Shown piece by piece: positions 9,507-17,884 of a stretch of DNA of 64,000 nt. Below the pieces are notes generated by a model that did no database searches, was not told the DNA's origin, and was given only the letters and a program-made list of their open reading frames with translations. The stretch is from assembly GCA_963704725.1 (NCBI GenBank), contig OY969934.1, positions 1,824,001-1,888,000 on the forward strand. Reading direction: 5' to 3'. The translations under genes and the position numbers were made by a program. Within the stretch, counting starts at the first letter, position 1. Each line of letters starts with the position of its first letter. The stretch comes from an uncultured Actinomycetes bacterium. Its GTDB lineage: Bacteria > Actinomycetota > UBA4738 > HRBIN12.

Positions 9507-9569
9507 GCCTCAAGTAGCGCGAAGCGCGATAGGCCCCGATGAGGCTTCGCGAACGCGAAGCCTCATCGG
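9507..9569. repeat. Tandem GCGAAGC-containing hairpins (REP/MITE-like)
   Basis: Perfect 16-bp inverted repeat 9536-9551/9554-9569, preceded by GGCCT..GCGCGAAGCGC..AGGCC. Confidence 0.6.
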
Positions 9570-9570
9570 C

Positions 9571-9677
9571 AAAGAAAAGAGAGAGCGGCGGTGGTGCACC
9601 CGATCGCTGGACGCCCCGCGCGGCCCCTTTTGTTCGCTACTCCAGGCGTCCTATCGAGCGCACGGCCACCGCCGCCT
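9571..9677 (-). ncRNA. Candidate ~105-nt rod-shaped small RNA
   Basis: Nested stems 9585-9594/9666-9675 and 9609-9615/9645-9651; U-rich tail on the minus strand; TTGATG-17-TGTGAT just upstream (weak -10). Confidence 0.4.
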
Positions 9678-9762
9678 GACGAATCACAACATCGGGATTC
9701 GATCACATCAAGCACCCCAGCCGGGTTCTTGTGGTGCCTGCGCTACACTCGCCGGGACCCCT

Positions 9763-10245
9763 ATGGGACGAGCACTGGTGCTCAACGCTTCGCACCAACC
9801 TCTCGCGGTGGTCTCTGCGCGGAGGGCGGTCGTGCTCGTCCTGAAGGAGAAGGCCGAGGTCCTGGCTTCGGACGGGCAGGTGTTCCGATCGGAACGACTG
9901 TCCCTCGATGCCCCCTCGGTGCTCCGTCTGCGGCAGTTCGTTCGAGTCCCCTATCGCGCGACCGCGCCGCTCACCCGCCGCGCCGTCTTCGCGCGTGACG
10001 ATTGGTCCTGTCAGTACTGCGGCGCGCCGGCGGAGAACCTCGACCACGTCGTGCCGAAGTCTCGCGGCGGCACCCACACGTGGGACAACGTCGTCGCCGC
10101 CTGCCGCCGCTGCAACTCGAGGAAGGAGAACCGGCTGATCGAGGACGCCGGGCTCCGCCTCGCCCACCGGCCGGTGGCGCCGGCGGACGGGTTCCGACTC
10201 TCGCTCGGGCGTCTGGAGCCCGAGTGGGTGCCGTTCCTGGCCTGA
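9763..10245 (+). CDS. Small HNH endonuclease (McrA-like, common actinobacterial type)
   Basis: LVLNAS, RDDWSCQYCG, DHVVPKSRGG..WDNVVAACRRCNSRK; -10 TACACT at 9744-9749. Confidence 0.92.
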   Translation: MGRALVLNASHQPLAVVSARRAVVLVLKEKAEVLASDGQVFRSERLSLDAPSVLRLRQFVRVPYRATAPLTRRAVFARDDWSCQYCGAPAENLDHVVPKSRGGTHTWDNVVAACRRCNSRKENRLIEDAGLRLAHRPVAPADGFRLSLGRLEPEWVPFLA

Positions 10246-10314
10246 TCCTCGGCCGCATCCTTCGCCCGAACCCCACTGGAACCCCTCATTGAGGGCCATT
10301 TCTGCCATGACTCC

Positions 10315-10369
10315 TTGACGCAGTGGAGTGCAAGTGGCATAAGAGTGGAGCGCAGTGGAGGAGAAGGGG
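10315..10369 (+). promoter_or_regulatory. dcw operon promoter with MraZ-binding GTGG repeats
   Basis: TTGACG at 10315-10320; GTGG repeats at 10323, 10334, 10345, 10355 with 10-11 bp period. Confidence 0.8.
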
Positions 10370-10376
10370 AGGACGC

Positions 10377-10823
10377 GTGGCCGAACTTCTCGGCACGCAC
10401 AGCTATCAGCTCGACCCGAAGGGGCGCATCAGCCTGCCCGGCCGCTTCCGTGACGCCTTCGCCGAAGGTGCGGTGCTGACGCTGGGGCAGGACGGGTGCC
10501 TCTTCTGCTTCCCCAGGGCCGAGTGGGAGGCCCGGGCGGCCGAGGTCCGCAGCCTCCCCCTCTCCGACGCCGAGAGCCGGGCGTACTCGCGCATGTTCTT
10601 CGGTAAGGCGGAGGCCGTCGATCTCGACGCCCAGGGGCGACTGCTCGTGCCGCAGCGCCTGCGCGCCGAGGTCGGCATCCGCAAGGAGGCCGTGGTGCTC
10701 GGTGTCTTCGACCGGATGGAGATCTGGGACCGCCAGACCCACGAGCGCTACGAGTCGGGGCACGACGGCGCCTACCAGTCCGGTGCCCTCGCACCGGGGG
10801 GAACGAGAGGGGCAGCGGGATGA
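10377..10823 (+). CDS. mraZ: Division/cell-wall cluster regulator MraZ
   Basis: LDPKGRISLP and LDAQGRLLVP repeats; GTG after GGAGG. Confidence 0.96.
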   Translation: MAELLGTHSYQLDPKGRISLPGRFRDAFAEGAVLTLGQDGCLFCFPRAEWEARAAEVRSLPLSDAESRAYSRMFFGKAEAVDLDAQGRLLVPQRLRAEVGIRKEAVVLGVFDRMEIWDRQTHERYESGHDGAYQSGALAPGGTRGAAG

Positions 10824-10936
10824 GGCAACCGCTCCACCATGAGGTTCGACAGAGCTTGTGGCTGATCGTGCTGGCCGCCGCCACGATGGCCGTGTACCTG
10901 GGCGTCGGGCTGCTGGCGGTCCGCGTCTTCGGATGA
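10820..10936 (+). CDS. 38-aa single-TM microprotein MRQPLHHEVRQSLWLIVLAAATMAVYLGVGLLAVRVFG
   Basis: ATGA coupling with the mraZ stop, purine-rich SD, GC3-rich codons; fills the mraZ-rsmH gap; below the ORF-track cutoff. Confidence 0.6.
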   Translation: MRQPLHHEVRQSLWLIVLAAATMAVYLGVGLLAVRVFG

Positions 10937-10946
10937 GGGCCGGGCC

Positions 10947-11801
10947 ATGGCCGACGCCGGGCACGAGCCCGTCATGGTCGCCGAGGTGCTCCGTTTCCTC
11001 GGGGGCGGGGGAACCGTGATCGACCTGACCCTCGGCGCGGGCGGGCACGCCGAAGCCCTGCTCGACTCCGGCGTCGAACGCCTCGTCGGCGTCGATCGCG
11101 ACCCCCAGGCAATCGAGCTCGCCACCGCCCGTCTGGCGCGGTTCGGCGAGCGGTTCCGCGCCGTCCGGGCCCGGTTCTCGAGCGTGCCCGCGGAGAACCG
11201 GGCGGACGGCGTGCTCTTCGACCTCGGCGTGAGCTCGATGCAACTCGACCAGGCCGAGCGCGGCTTCTCGTTCCGGAGAGAGGGCCCGCTCGACATGCGC
11301 ATGGAGCCCGAGGGCGAGAGCGCCATGGACCTGGTGAACTCGGCGCCCGAGGACGAGCTCGCCCGGATCCTGTTCGAGTACGGCGAGGAGCGCCGCTCTC
11401 GCCGCGTGGCCGGCGCGATCGTTCGAGCCCGGGCCCGGGCGCCGATCGCGACGACCGACCAGCTCGCCCGTGTGGTCGCGGGCGCCCTGGGGGCGAACCG
11501 GGGCGGCCCCCACCCCGCTCGCCGCACGTTCCAGGCGCTCCGCGTCGCGGTCAACCGGGAGCTCGAGGAGCTCGCCGCCTCCCTGCCTCGGGCGGCCGAT
11601 CTCCTCGCTCCCGGTGGCCGCCTCGTGGCGATCTCCTACCACTCTCTCGAGGACCGAACCGTCAAGCGCTTCCTCACCGGCCGACCCGATCTCGAGGTCC
11701 TCACGAAGAAGCCCCTGACCCCCTCGAAGTCCGAACGGGCGAGGAACCCGCGATCCCGCGCCGCCAAGCTCCGAGCCGCCCAGAAGCGGGAAGCGGCATG
11801 A
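10947..11801 (+). CDS. rsmH: 16S rRNA m4C1402 methyltransferase
   Basis: HEPVM, TLGAGGHA, DLGVSSMQLD, SYHSLEDR, NPRSRAAKLR. Confidence 0.96.
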   Translation: MADAGHEPVMVAEVLRFLGGGGTVIDLTLGAGGHAEALLDSGVERLVGVDRDPQAIELATARLARFGERFRAVRARFSSVPAENRADGVLFDLGVSSMQLDQAERGFSFRREGPLDMRMEPEGESAMDLVNSAPEDELARILFEYGEERRSRRVAGAIVRARARAPIATTDQLARVVAGALGANRGGPHPARRTFQALRVAVNRELEELAASLPRAADLLAPGGRLVAISYHSLEDRTVKRFLTGRPDLEVLTKKPLTPSKSERARNPRSRAAKLRAAQKREAA

Positions 11802-12244
11802 GCCTCCCCGCCCGCCAGCTCCCCACCCCAGCCCCTCAGCGTCGAGCCCCAGCCAGGCCGACGAAGCGAGGAGACGGAGCGAAGCGCCCCCTGCGGAGCG
11901 AGGCTCCTCGGGGTACCACGCGAAGGCGCCGTAAGCACCAGCTTGGATTCGCCGTCTTCGCCTCCACCATCGTCGGCATGATGGTGCTCGCGATCGTCGT
12001 CCTGCACGTCCTGCTCGCCCAGCAGTCGTTCCGCATCGATGCCGCGGAGCAGCGCGTCGATGCGCTCACGCAGGCACGCCTGCGGCTGGTCACCGAGCAG
12101 GCCACCCTGTCCGCTCCCGGCCGGATCGCCGATTGGGCGTCCCGGCACGGCATGCGTCTCCCCGACGACATCCGGATCCTCCGCGCGCCGAACGGCCCGT
12201 CGGACCCGGCCGGGGCGGGCACCGCATCCGGGGACGAGGGATAG
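11798..12244 (+). CDS. ftsL: Cell division protein FtsL-like
   Basis: One TM helix followed by a coiled coil ending LSAPGRI; sits between rsmH and ftsI. Confidence 0.75.
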   Translation: MSLPARQLPTPAPQRRAPARPTKRGDGAKRPLRSEAPRGTTRRRRKHQLGFAVFASTIVGMMVLAIVVLHVLLAQQSFRIDAAEQRVDALTQARLRLVTEQATLSAPGRIADWASRHGMRLPDDIRILRAPNGPSDPAGAGTASGDEG

Positions 12245-12247
12245 GCG

Positions 12248-13963
12248 ATGCCGCGGCCTCCGGTCGGGCGCCTGGTCGCCCTGCTCTGCGTCCTGTCGAT
12301 CGCCTTCGGAGCGATCTTCATCCGGCTGTCCGTGCTCCAGGTCAGCCAGGCCGCCGACCTGCAGGCCCGGGCGGCGAGCGAGCGCATCACCACCGTCGAC
12401 CTCCCGGCCCAGCGCGGCCGGATCCTCGACCGGACCGGCGATCCGCTGGCGCTGTCGATGCCGGCGCGTGACGTCTACGCCAACCCCCACTTCGTCGTCG
12501 ATGTGGAGGGGGCCGCCGCGAGGCTCTCGCCGGTGCTCGGGCAGCGCCCCCGCGCCCTGGTCGAGGAGCTCACCGCCGACACCACCTTCGTGTTCCTGGC
12601 CAGGCAGGTCGATCTCGACGTCGCGGATCGCATCGCGGACATGGACATCCCCGGGATCGGGTTCCTCCCGGTCAGCAAGCGCTACTACCCGGCCGGTCCC
12701 CTCGCCGGGCAGGTCCTGGGGTTCGTGAACGTCGACGGCGAGGGCATCGCCGGACTCGAGCTCCAGTACCAGAGCCTCCTGGCCGGGGTGCCCGGCGAGC
12801 GGAGCCAGGAGCTCGACCCCTCCGGACGTCCGATCGTCGGCGGCGTCGACGTCCAGCGGCCGCCGGTCGCCGGGTCCACGATCGAGACGACGATCGATCG
12901 CGAGCTCCAGTTCCAGGCGCAGGCGGCGCTGCGGGAGGCAGTGGAGTCCCAGCACGCGAGGGGTGGCACGGTCGTGGTGATGGACCCCCGCACCGGGGAC
13001 GTCCTGGCCATGGCCAGCTATCCCTGGTTCGACCCCAATCACTTCTCGGAGGCCAACCCCGCCACGTACCGCAACCGGGCGGTCACCGACATGTTCGAGC
13101 CCGGATCGACGAACAAGGTGATCACGGCGGCAGCCGCCGTCCAGGAGCACGCGCTGCCGCTCGACCAGCGCCTCGCGGTGCCCTGGACGATGCCGGTGGG
13201 GGAGTTCACGATCCACGACTCCCATCCCCACCCGGTCATGCGCATGACGCTCGGCGACATCATCGCGGAGTCGAGCAACATCGGCGCCGTGCAGGTGGCG
13301 AACCTCCTCGGCGCGGGGGACATGGCGGCGTACCTGTCCCGATTCGGGATCGGACACCGGACGGGCATCGGGTTCCCCGGTGAGGCCGCCGGCCTCACGC
13401 TCCCGCTCTACGAGTGGACCGACACGACCCTGGCCACGAGCGCCTACGGCCAGGGGCTGGCGGCGACCCTGCTGCAGATGGTCACGGTGTACGCCACGAT
13501 CGCGAACGACGGACGGTGGGTGCAGCCGCGGCTCGTTCGCGCCACGATCGATCCCGACGGCACGCGACACGTCGCGGCGCCGTCCCCGACCCGCCGGGTC
13601 GTCTCGGCCGAGAACGCCGACATGGTGAGCCGGATGCTCGCGTACGCCGTGGCCAACGGGACCGGGACGAACGCGCAGATCGCCGGATACCAGGTCGCCG
13701 GGAAGACCGGGACGGCGCGGATCCCCAGGTCCGATGGCCCCGGCTACCTCGTCGGGCAGTACAAGGCCTCGTTCATCGGCTACCTGCCGGCGAGCGATCC
13801 CCGCGTGGTGATCGCCGCGGTCCTGGACCGGCCGGCCCAGGTCTACGGCGGGCTCGCCTCCGCCCCGCTGTTCCAGCGGGTGGCCCGGGCCGCCATCGCC
13901 CGCCTCGGCATCGAGCCGGCCGAGCCCCTGCCGCTGCCACCTCATGCGCTGCCGGTCCCATGA
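12248..13963 (+). CDS. ftsI: Class B penicillin-binding protein FtsI
   Basis: RGRILDR, EPGSTNK (SxxK), SSNIG, KTGT. Confidence 0.94.
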   Translation: MPRPPVGRLVALLCVLSIAFGAIFIRLSVLQVSQAADLQARAASERITTVDLPAQRGRILDRTGDPLALSMPARDVYANPHFVVDVEGAAARLSPVLGQRPRALVEELTADTTFVFLARQVDLDVADRIADMDIPGIGFLPVSKRYYPAGPLAGQVLGFVNVDGEGIAGLELQYQSLLAGVPGERSQELDPSGRPIVGGVDVQRPPVAGSTIETTIDRELQFQAQAALREAVESQHARGGTVVVMDPRTGDVLAMASYPWFDPNHFSEANPATYRNRAVTDMFEPGSTNKVITAAAAVQEHALPLDQRLAVPWTMPVGEFTIHDSHPHPVMRMTLGDIIAESSNIGAVQVANLLGAGDMAAYLSRFGIGHRTGIGFPGEAAGLTLPLYEWTDTTLATSAYGQGLAATLLQMVTVYATIANDGRWVQPRLVRATIDPDGTRHVAAPSPTRRVVSAENADMVSRMLAYAVANGTGTNAQIAGYQVAGKTGTARIPRSDGPGYLVGQYKASFIGYLPASDPRVVIAAVLDRPAQVYGGLASAPLFQRVARAAIARLGIEPAEPLPLPPHALPVP

Positions 13964-15474
13964 TCGGGCGCGCTCTGAGGGGCGGTGACCAGGCGGTAGG
14001 CTCCCTGTCCGTGGCCCCCCGCCCCCGCTCTGCGTCCCTGTCCGACCTGGTCGCGGACCTCCCCGACGCCGAGCTCCTCGGCGACGGTGCGGCAGCCGTG
14101 AGCCGGCTCGTCTACCGGTCCGAGGAGGCCGCTCCCGGTGCCCTGTTCTTCTGCATCCCCGGCACCCGCCTCGACGGGCACGACTACGCCGGTGACGCCG
14201 TGTCGCGGGGCGCGCTCGCGCTGGTCGTCGAGCGGCGACTCCCGCTCGACGTGGCACAGGTCCGGGTGGCGTCCGTTCGCGAGGCCATGGGACCGATCTC
14301 GGCCGCGTTCTACGGCCGGCCGGCGGAGCGGATGCGCCTGGTCGGCGTGACGGGGACGAGCGGCAAGACCACCGTGACGTACCTCCTCGAGGCCGTGTTC
14401 CGTTCGGCCGGGTGGAGGCCGGGGGTCATCGGGACGACCGGGGTGCGGATCGACGGCGACCCGGTGCCGCTCGCCCGGACCACGCCCGAGGCGCCGGACC
14501 TGCACGGCCTGCTCGCCGAGATGCTCGATCGCGGCGTCGAGGCCGTGGCGATGGAGGTGTCCTCGCACGGGCTCGAGCAGCACCGGGTGGGGGGCCTGCG
14601 GTTCGGGGTGGCCGTGTTCACGAACCTGTCCCAGGACCATCTGGACTATCACCCCTCGATGGAGGCGTACCTCGCCGCGAAGGCCGCGCTGTTCACGTCC
14701 GTCTTTACCGACCGTGCCGTGGTGAACCACGACAGCCCCGAGGGACGCAGCCTCGTCGGCCGGGTGCCGACGATCACGTTCGGGATCGACGGGGGCGCCG
14801 ACGTGCGGGCCACCGAGGTCGAGACGACGGCGGAGGGGATCCGCTTCCTCGCCGACGGGGTCCCCATCCGGTCCGCCCTGCGCGGCCTCTTCAACGTGGA
14901 GAACTGCCTGGCGGCCTTCACGACGGGGCGGACCCTCGGTCTGGACGAGCGGGCCGTGGCCGAGGCGATCGGCTCGGTCCGGGGGGTTCCGGGCCGGCTC
15001 GAGTCCGTCGAGGCCGGTCAGGACTTCCTGGTCCTCGTGGACTACGCGCACAAGCCGGACGGCGTCGAGAAGATGCTGCGGACGGCGCGGCCGCTCGCCA
15101 CGGGGCGGCTCATCGTCGTGCTCGGGTGCGGGGGGGACCGCGACCGGGGGAAGCGACCGCTGATGGGCAGGGCCGCCACGGCGAACGCGGACCTGTCCGT
15201 GATCACGAGCGACAACCCGCGCAGCGAGGACCCGCTGACCATCATCGCCGAGATCGTGCCCGGAGCCCAACAGGGTGGCGGCCGGTACGTGATCGAGCCC
15301 GATCGCCGCGCGGCGATCCACCTGGCGCTGGCCGAGGCGGGAGCCGGCGACGTGGTCGTGATCGCCGGCAAGGGGCACGAGACCTCTCAGGAGCTTGCCG
15401 ACCGCACGATCCCGTTCGACGACCGCGACGTGGCCGTCGAGGAGCTCCGAGCGCTGGGCCGGGTGCCGGCGTGA
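13960..15474 (+). CDS. murE: UDP-MurNAc-dipeptide:meso-DAP ligase
   Basis: GVTGTSGKTT, TTPE, DYAH, DNPR (DAP specificity), AGKGHE; start may be GTG 14011. Confidence 0.95.
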   Translation: MIGRALRGGDQAVGSLSVAPRPRSASLSDLVADLPDAELLGDGAAAVSRLVYRSEEAAPGALFFCIPGTRLDGHDYAGDAVSRGALALVVERRLPLDVAQVRVASVREAMGPISAAFYGRPAERMRLVGVTGTSGKTTVTYLLEAVFRSAGWRPGVIGTTGVRIDGDPVPLARTTPEAPDLHGLLAEMLDRGVEAVAMEVSSHGLEQHRVGGLRFGVAVFTNLSQDHLDYHPSMEAYLAAKAALFTSVFTDRAVVNHDSPEGRSLVGRVPTITFGIDGGADVRATEVETTAEGIRFLADGVPIRSALRGLFNVENCLAAFTTGRTLGLDERAVAEAIGSVRGVPGRLESVEAGQDFLVLVDYAHKPDGVEKMLRTARPLATGRLIVVLGCGGDRDRGKRPLMGRAATANADLSVITSDNPRSEDPLTIIAEIVPGAQQGGGRYVIEPDRRAAIHLALAEAGAGDVVVIAGKGHETSQELADRTIPFDDRDVAVEELRALGRVPA

Positions 15475-16835
15475 TCGCCCGGGCGCTGTCCGAGCTCGCG
15501 GCGGCCGTGGACGGCCGGCTGCGCGGCCAGGATCGGGTCGCGACGTCGGTGGCGACCGACACGCGACGGCTCGAGCCCGGCGCGCTCTTCGTGGCGCTTC
15601 GCGGTGAGCGGGCGGACGGCCACGCCTACGTCGGGGCCGCGTTCGAGGGGGGCGCCGTGGGCGCGCTGGTCGAGCGGCCCGACGGCGACCTCGGGCCGGC
15701 GATCGAGGTGCCGGACACCGGCCGGGCCCTGTTGGAGCTCGGGGCGGACGAACGCCGGCGCATGCCGACGGCGACGGTGGTCGGCATCACGGGGGCAAAC
15801 GGCAAGACGTCGACGAAGGACCTCGCGGCCGCCGTGCTGGGGACGCGGTTCCGCACCCACGCCAGCCCGGCGTCGTTCAACAACGAGATCGGCGTCCCCA
15901 TGACGCTGCTCGGGACGGAACCCGGCGCCGAGGTCGTGGTGGTCGAGCTCGGCGCGCGGCGGGAGGGGGACGTGGCGGCGCTCTGCGAGCTGGCCCGGCC
16001 GAGCGTCGTCGCGGTGACGAACATCGGGGTCGCGCATCTGGGGATCTTCGGTTCGTGGGAGGCGATCGTCCGTGCCGGCGCGGAACCGCTGGCGCGACTC
16101 GGCCCCGACGACGTCGCGATCCTGAACGCCGACGACCCGGTCGTTCGGGGGTACGAAGCGACGACGCGGGCCCGGGTCATCACGTTCGGGGTCGATGCCG
16201 ACGCCGACGTGCGGGGATCGGGGGTCGCGATGGGCGACGACGGCCGGGCGAGCTTCACCCTCGAGGCCGGGGACGAGCGCGAGCGCGTCGAGCTGGCGGT
16301 CCCGGGCGAGCACATGGTGCCGAATGCCCTCGCCGCCGCGGCCTGTGGGACCGCGCTCGGGCTCTCGACGGCGGAGTGCGCGGTCGCGCTCAAGGGGGCG
16401 AAGGTCTCCGCGTGGCGGATGGAGACGTTCACGACCGCCGCCGGCACGACGATCCTGAACGACGCCTACAACGCGAACCCGGAGTCGATGGCGGCGGGGC
16501 TGAAGACCGCCCGGTGGATCGCCCGCGCCGGCCGGCTGGCGGCCGTCCTGGGGCACATGGCCGAGCTCGGTCCGATCGCGTTCGACGAGCACGAGCGGCT
16601 CGGCGAGCTCGTGGTCCGCATCGGTGTCGAGCGGCTGGTCACCGTGGGCGACGAGGCCGAGGCGATCGCGCGCGCCGCGATCCGCGAGGGCCTGCTCCCC
16701 GGCGACGTCGCCGTCTGCGCCAATGCCGCCGAGGCCGTGACCGATATCGAGTCGTGGGCTCGCGACGGCGACGTCGTGCTGATCAAAGGGTCCCGGGTCG
16801 TCGGACTGGAGCGCGTGGCGGAGGCGCTGCGATGA
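15471..16835 (+). CDS. murF: UDP-MurNAc-tripeptide:D-Ala-D-Ala ligase
   Basis: GITGANGKTSTK, NNEIGVP, NDAYNANPESM, KGSR. Confidence 0.95.
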   Translation: MIARALSELAAAVDGRLRGQDRVATSVATDTRRLEPGALFVALRGERADGHAYVGAAFEGGAVGALVERPDGDLGPAIEVPDTGRALLELGADERRRMPTATVVGITGANGKTSTKDLAAAVLGTRFRTHASPASFNNEIGVPMTLLGTEPGAEVVVVELGARREGDVAALCELARPSVVAVTNIGVAHLGIFGSWEAIVRAGAEPLARLGPDDVAILNADDPVVRGYEATTRARVITFGVDADADVRGSGVAMGDDGRASFTLEAGDERERVELAVPGEHMVPNALAAAACGTALGLSTAECAVALKGAKVSAWRMETFTTAAGTTILNDAYNANPESMAAGLKTARWIARAGRLAAVLGHMAELGPIAFDEHERLGELVVRIGVERLVTVGDEAEAIARAAIREGLLPGDVAVCANAAEAVTDIESWARDGDVVLIKGSRVVGLERVAEALR

Positions 16836-17884
16836 GACAGATCCTCATCGCGGCGGCCGTCGGGCTCGCGGTGACCCTGCTCGGGACGCCGTTCGCGATC
16901 CGCGCGTTCCGCCTGTGGGGCTGGGGGCAGCGGATCCGCGAGGACGGGCCGCACACGCATCTGGAGAAGATGGGGACGCCCACGATGGGTGGCATCGTCA
17001 TGCTGATCGGCATCGTCGCGGCCTACCTGGTCACGCGCATCGTCTTCCACACGGTGACCGCGGCCGGCCTGGCCGTCCTGCTCGCGACGATCCTGTTCGG
17101 CGTCCTCGGGTTCGTCGACGACTACATCAAGGTCCGCCGGAGGCGGTCATTGGGGCTGTCCAAGACGGCGAAGTCGATCGGGCAGGCCGTGGTCGCGGTC
17201 GTGTTCGGGATCATCGCGGTCCAGGCCGCCGACGTCCCCACCGCCCTGTCGTTCGTGCGGGAGACGGGGTTCGACCTCGGCGTCGTGTTCTACGTGTGGG
17301 TGTTCGTGATCCTGTGGGGGTCCTCCAACGGCGTGAACCTCACCGACGGCCTGGACGGGCTCGCGTCGGGCTCGTCGATCCTGGTGCTGTCCGGCTACGT
17401 GTTCATCGCGTTCTGGCAGTTCCGGCACACGTGCGCGCTCGTCCCGGGAGACGCGTGCTACGGGGTCGATGTGAACGCCGCGCTCGACACCGCGATCATC
17501 GCCGCCGCAGCGGCCGGGGCGGCGGCCGGGTTCCTGTGGTGGAACGCGGCCCCCGCGCGCATCTTCATGGGCGACACCGGCGCGCTCGCGCTGGGCGGCC
17601 TCATCGGCGCGCTCGCCATCGTGACGAACACCCAGCTCCTGCTGATCATCCTGGGCGGCCTGTTCGTGATCGAGACCACCTCGGTGATGGCGCAGGTGAT
17701 CGCGTTCCGCGGGTTCGGCCGGCGCATCTTCCGCATGTCGCCGATCCACCATCACTTCGAGCTGGCAGGCTGGCCCGAGTTCACGGTGATCGTCCGCTTC
17801 TGGATCGTCACGGGGCTCTGCGTGGCCGTGGGGATCGGCCTGTTCTACACGGACTTCGTGGCCCGCGGAGGTGGGACGGGATGA
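16832..17884 (+). CDS. mraY: Phospho-MurNAc-pentapeptide transferase
   Basis: GTPTMGG, DDYIK, NLTDGLDGL, FMGDTG, PIHHHFE. Confidence 0.97.
   Translation: MRQILIAAAVGLAVTLLGTPFAIRAFRLWGWGQRIREDGPHTHLEKMGTPTMGGIVMLIGIVAAYLVTRIVFHTVTAAGLAVLLATILFGVLGFVDDYIKVRRRRSLGLSKTAKSIGQAVVAVVFGIIAVQAADVPTALSFVRETGFDLGVVFYVWVFVILWGSSNGVNLTDGLDGLASGSSILVLSGYVFIAFWQFRHTCALVPGDACYGVDVNAALDTAIIAAAAAGAAAGFLWWNAAPARIFMGDTGALALGGLIGALAIVTNTQLLLIILGGLFVIETTSVMAQVIAFRGFGRRIFRMSPIHHHFELAGWPEFTVIVRFWIVTGLCVAVGIGLFYTDFVARGGGTG

Noticed and set aside
9340-10245. IscB/HEARO (OMEGA) system
   Set aside because: The HNH protein is only 160 aa with no PLMP or RuvC motifs and matches a common stand-alone family; the nearby RNA is kept only as a separate candidate.
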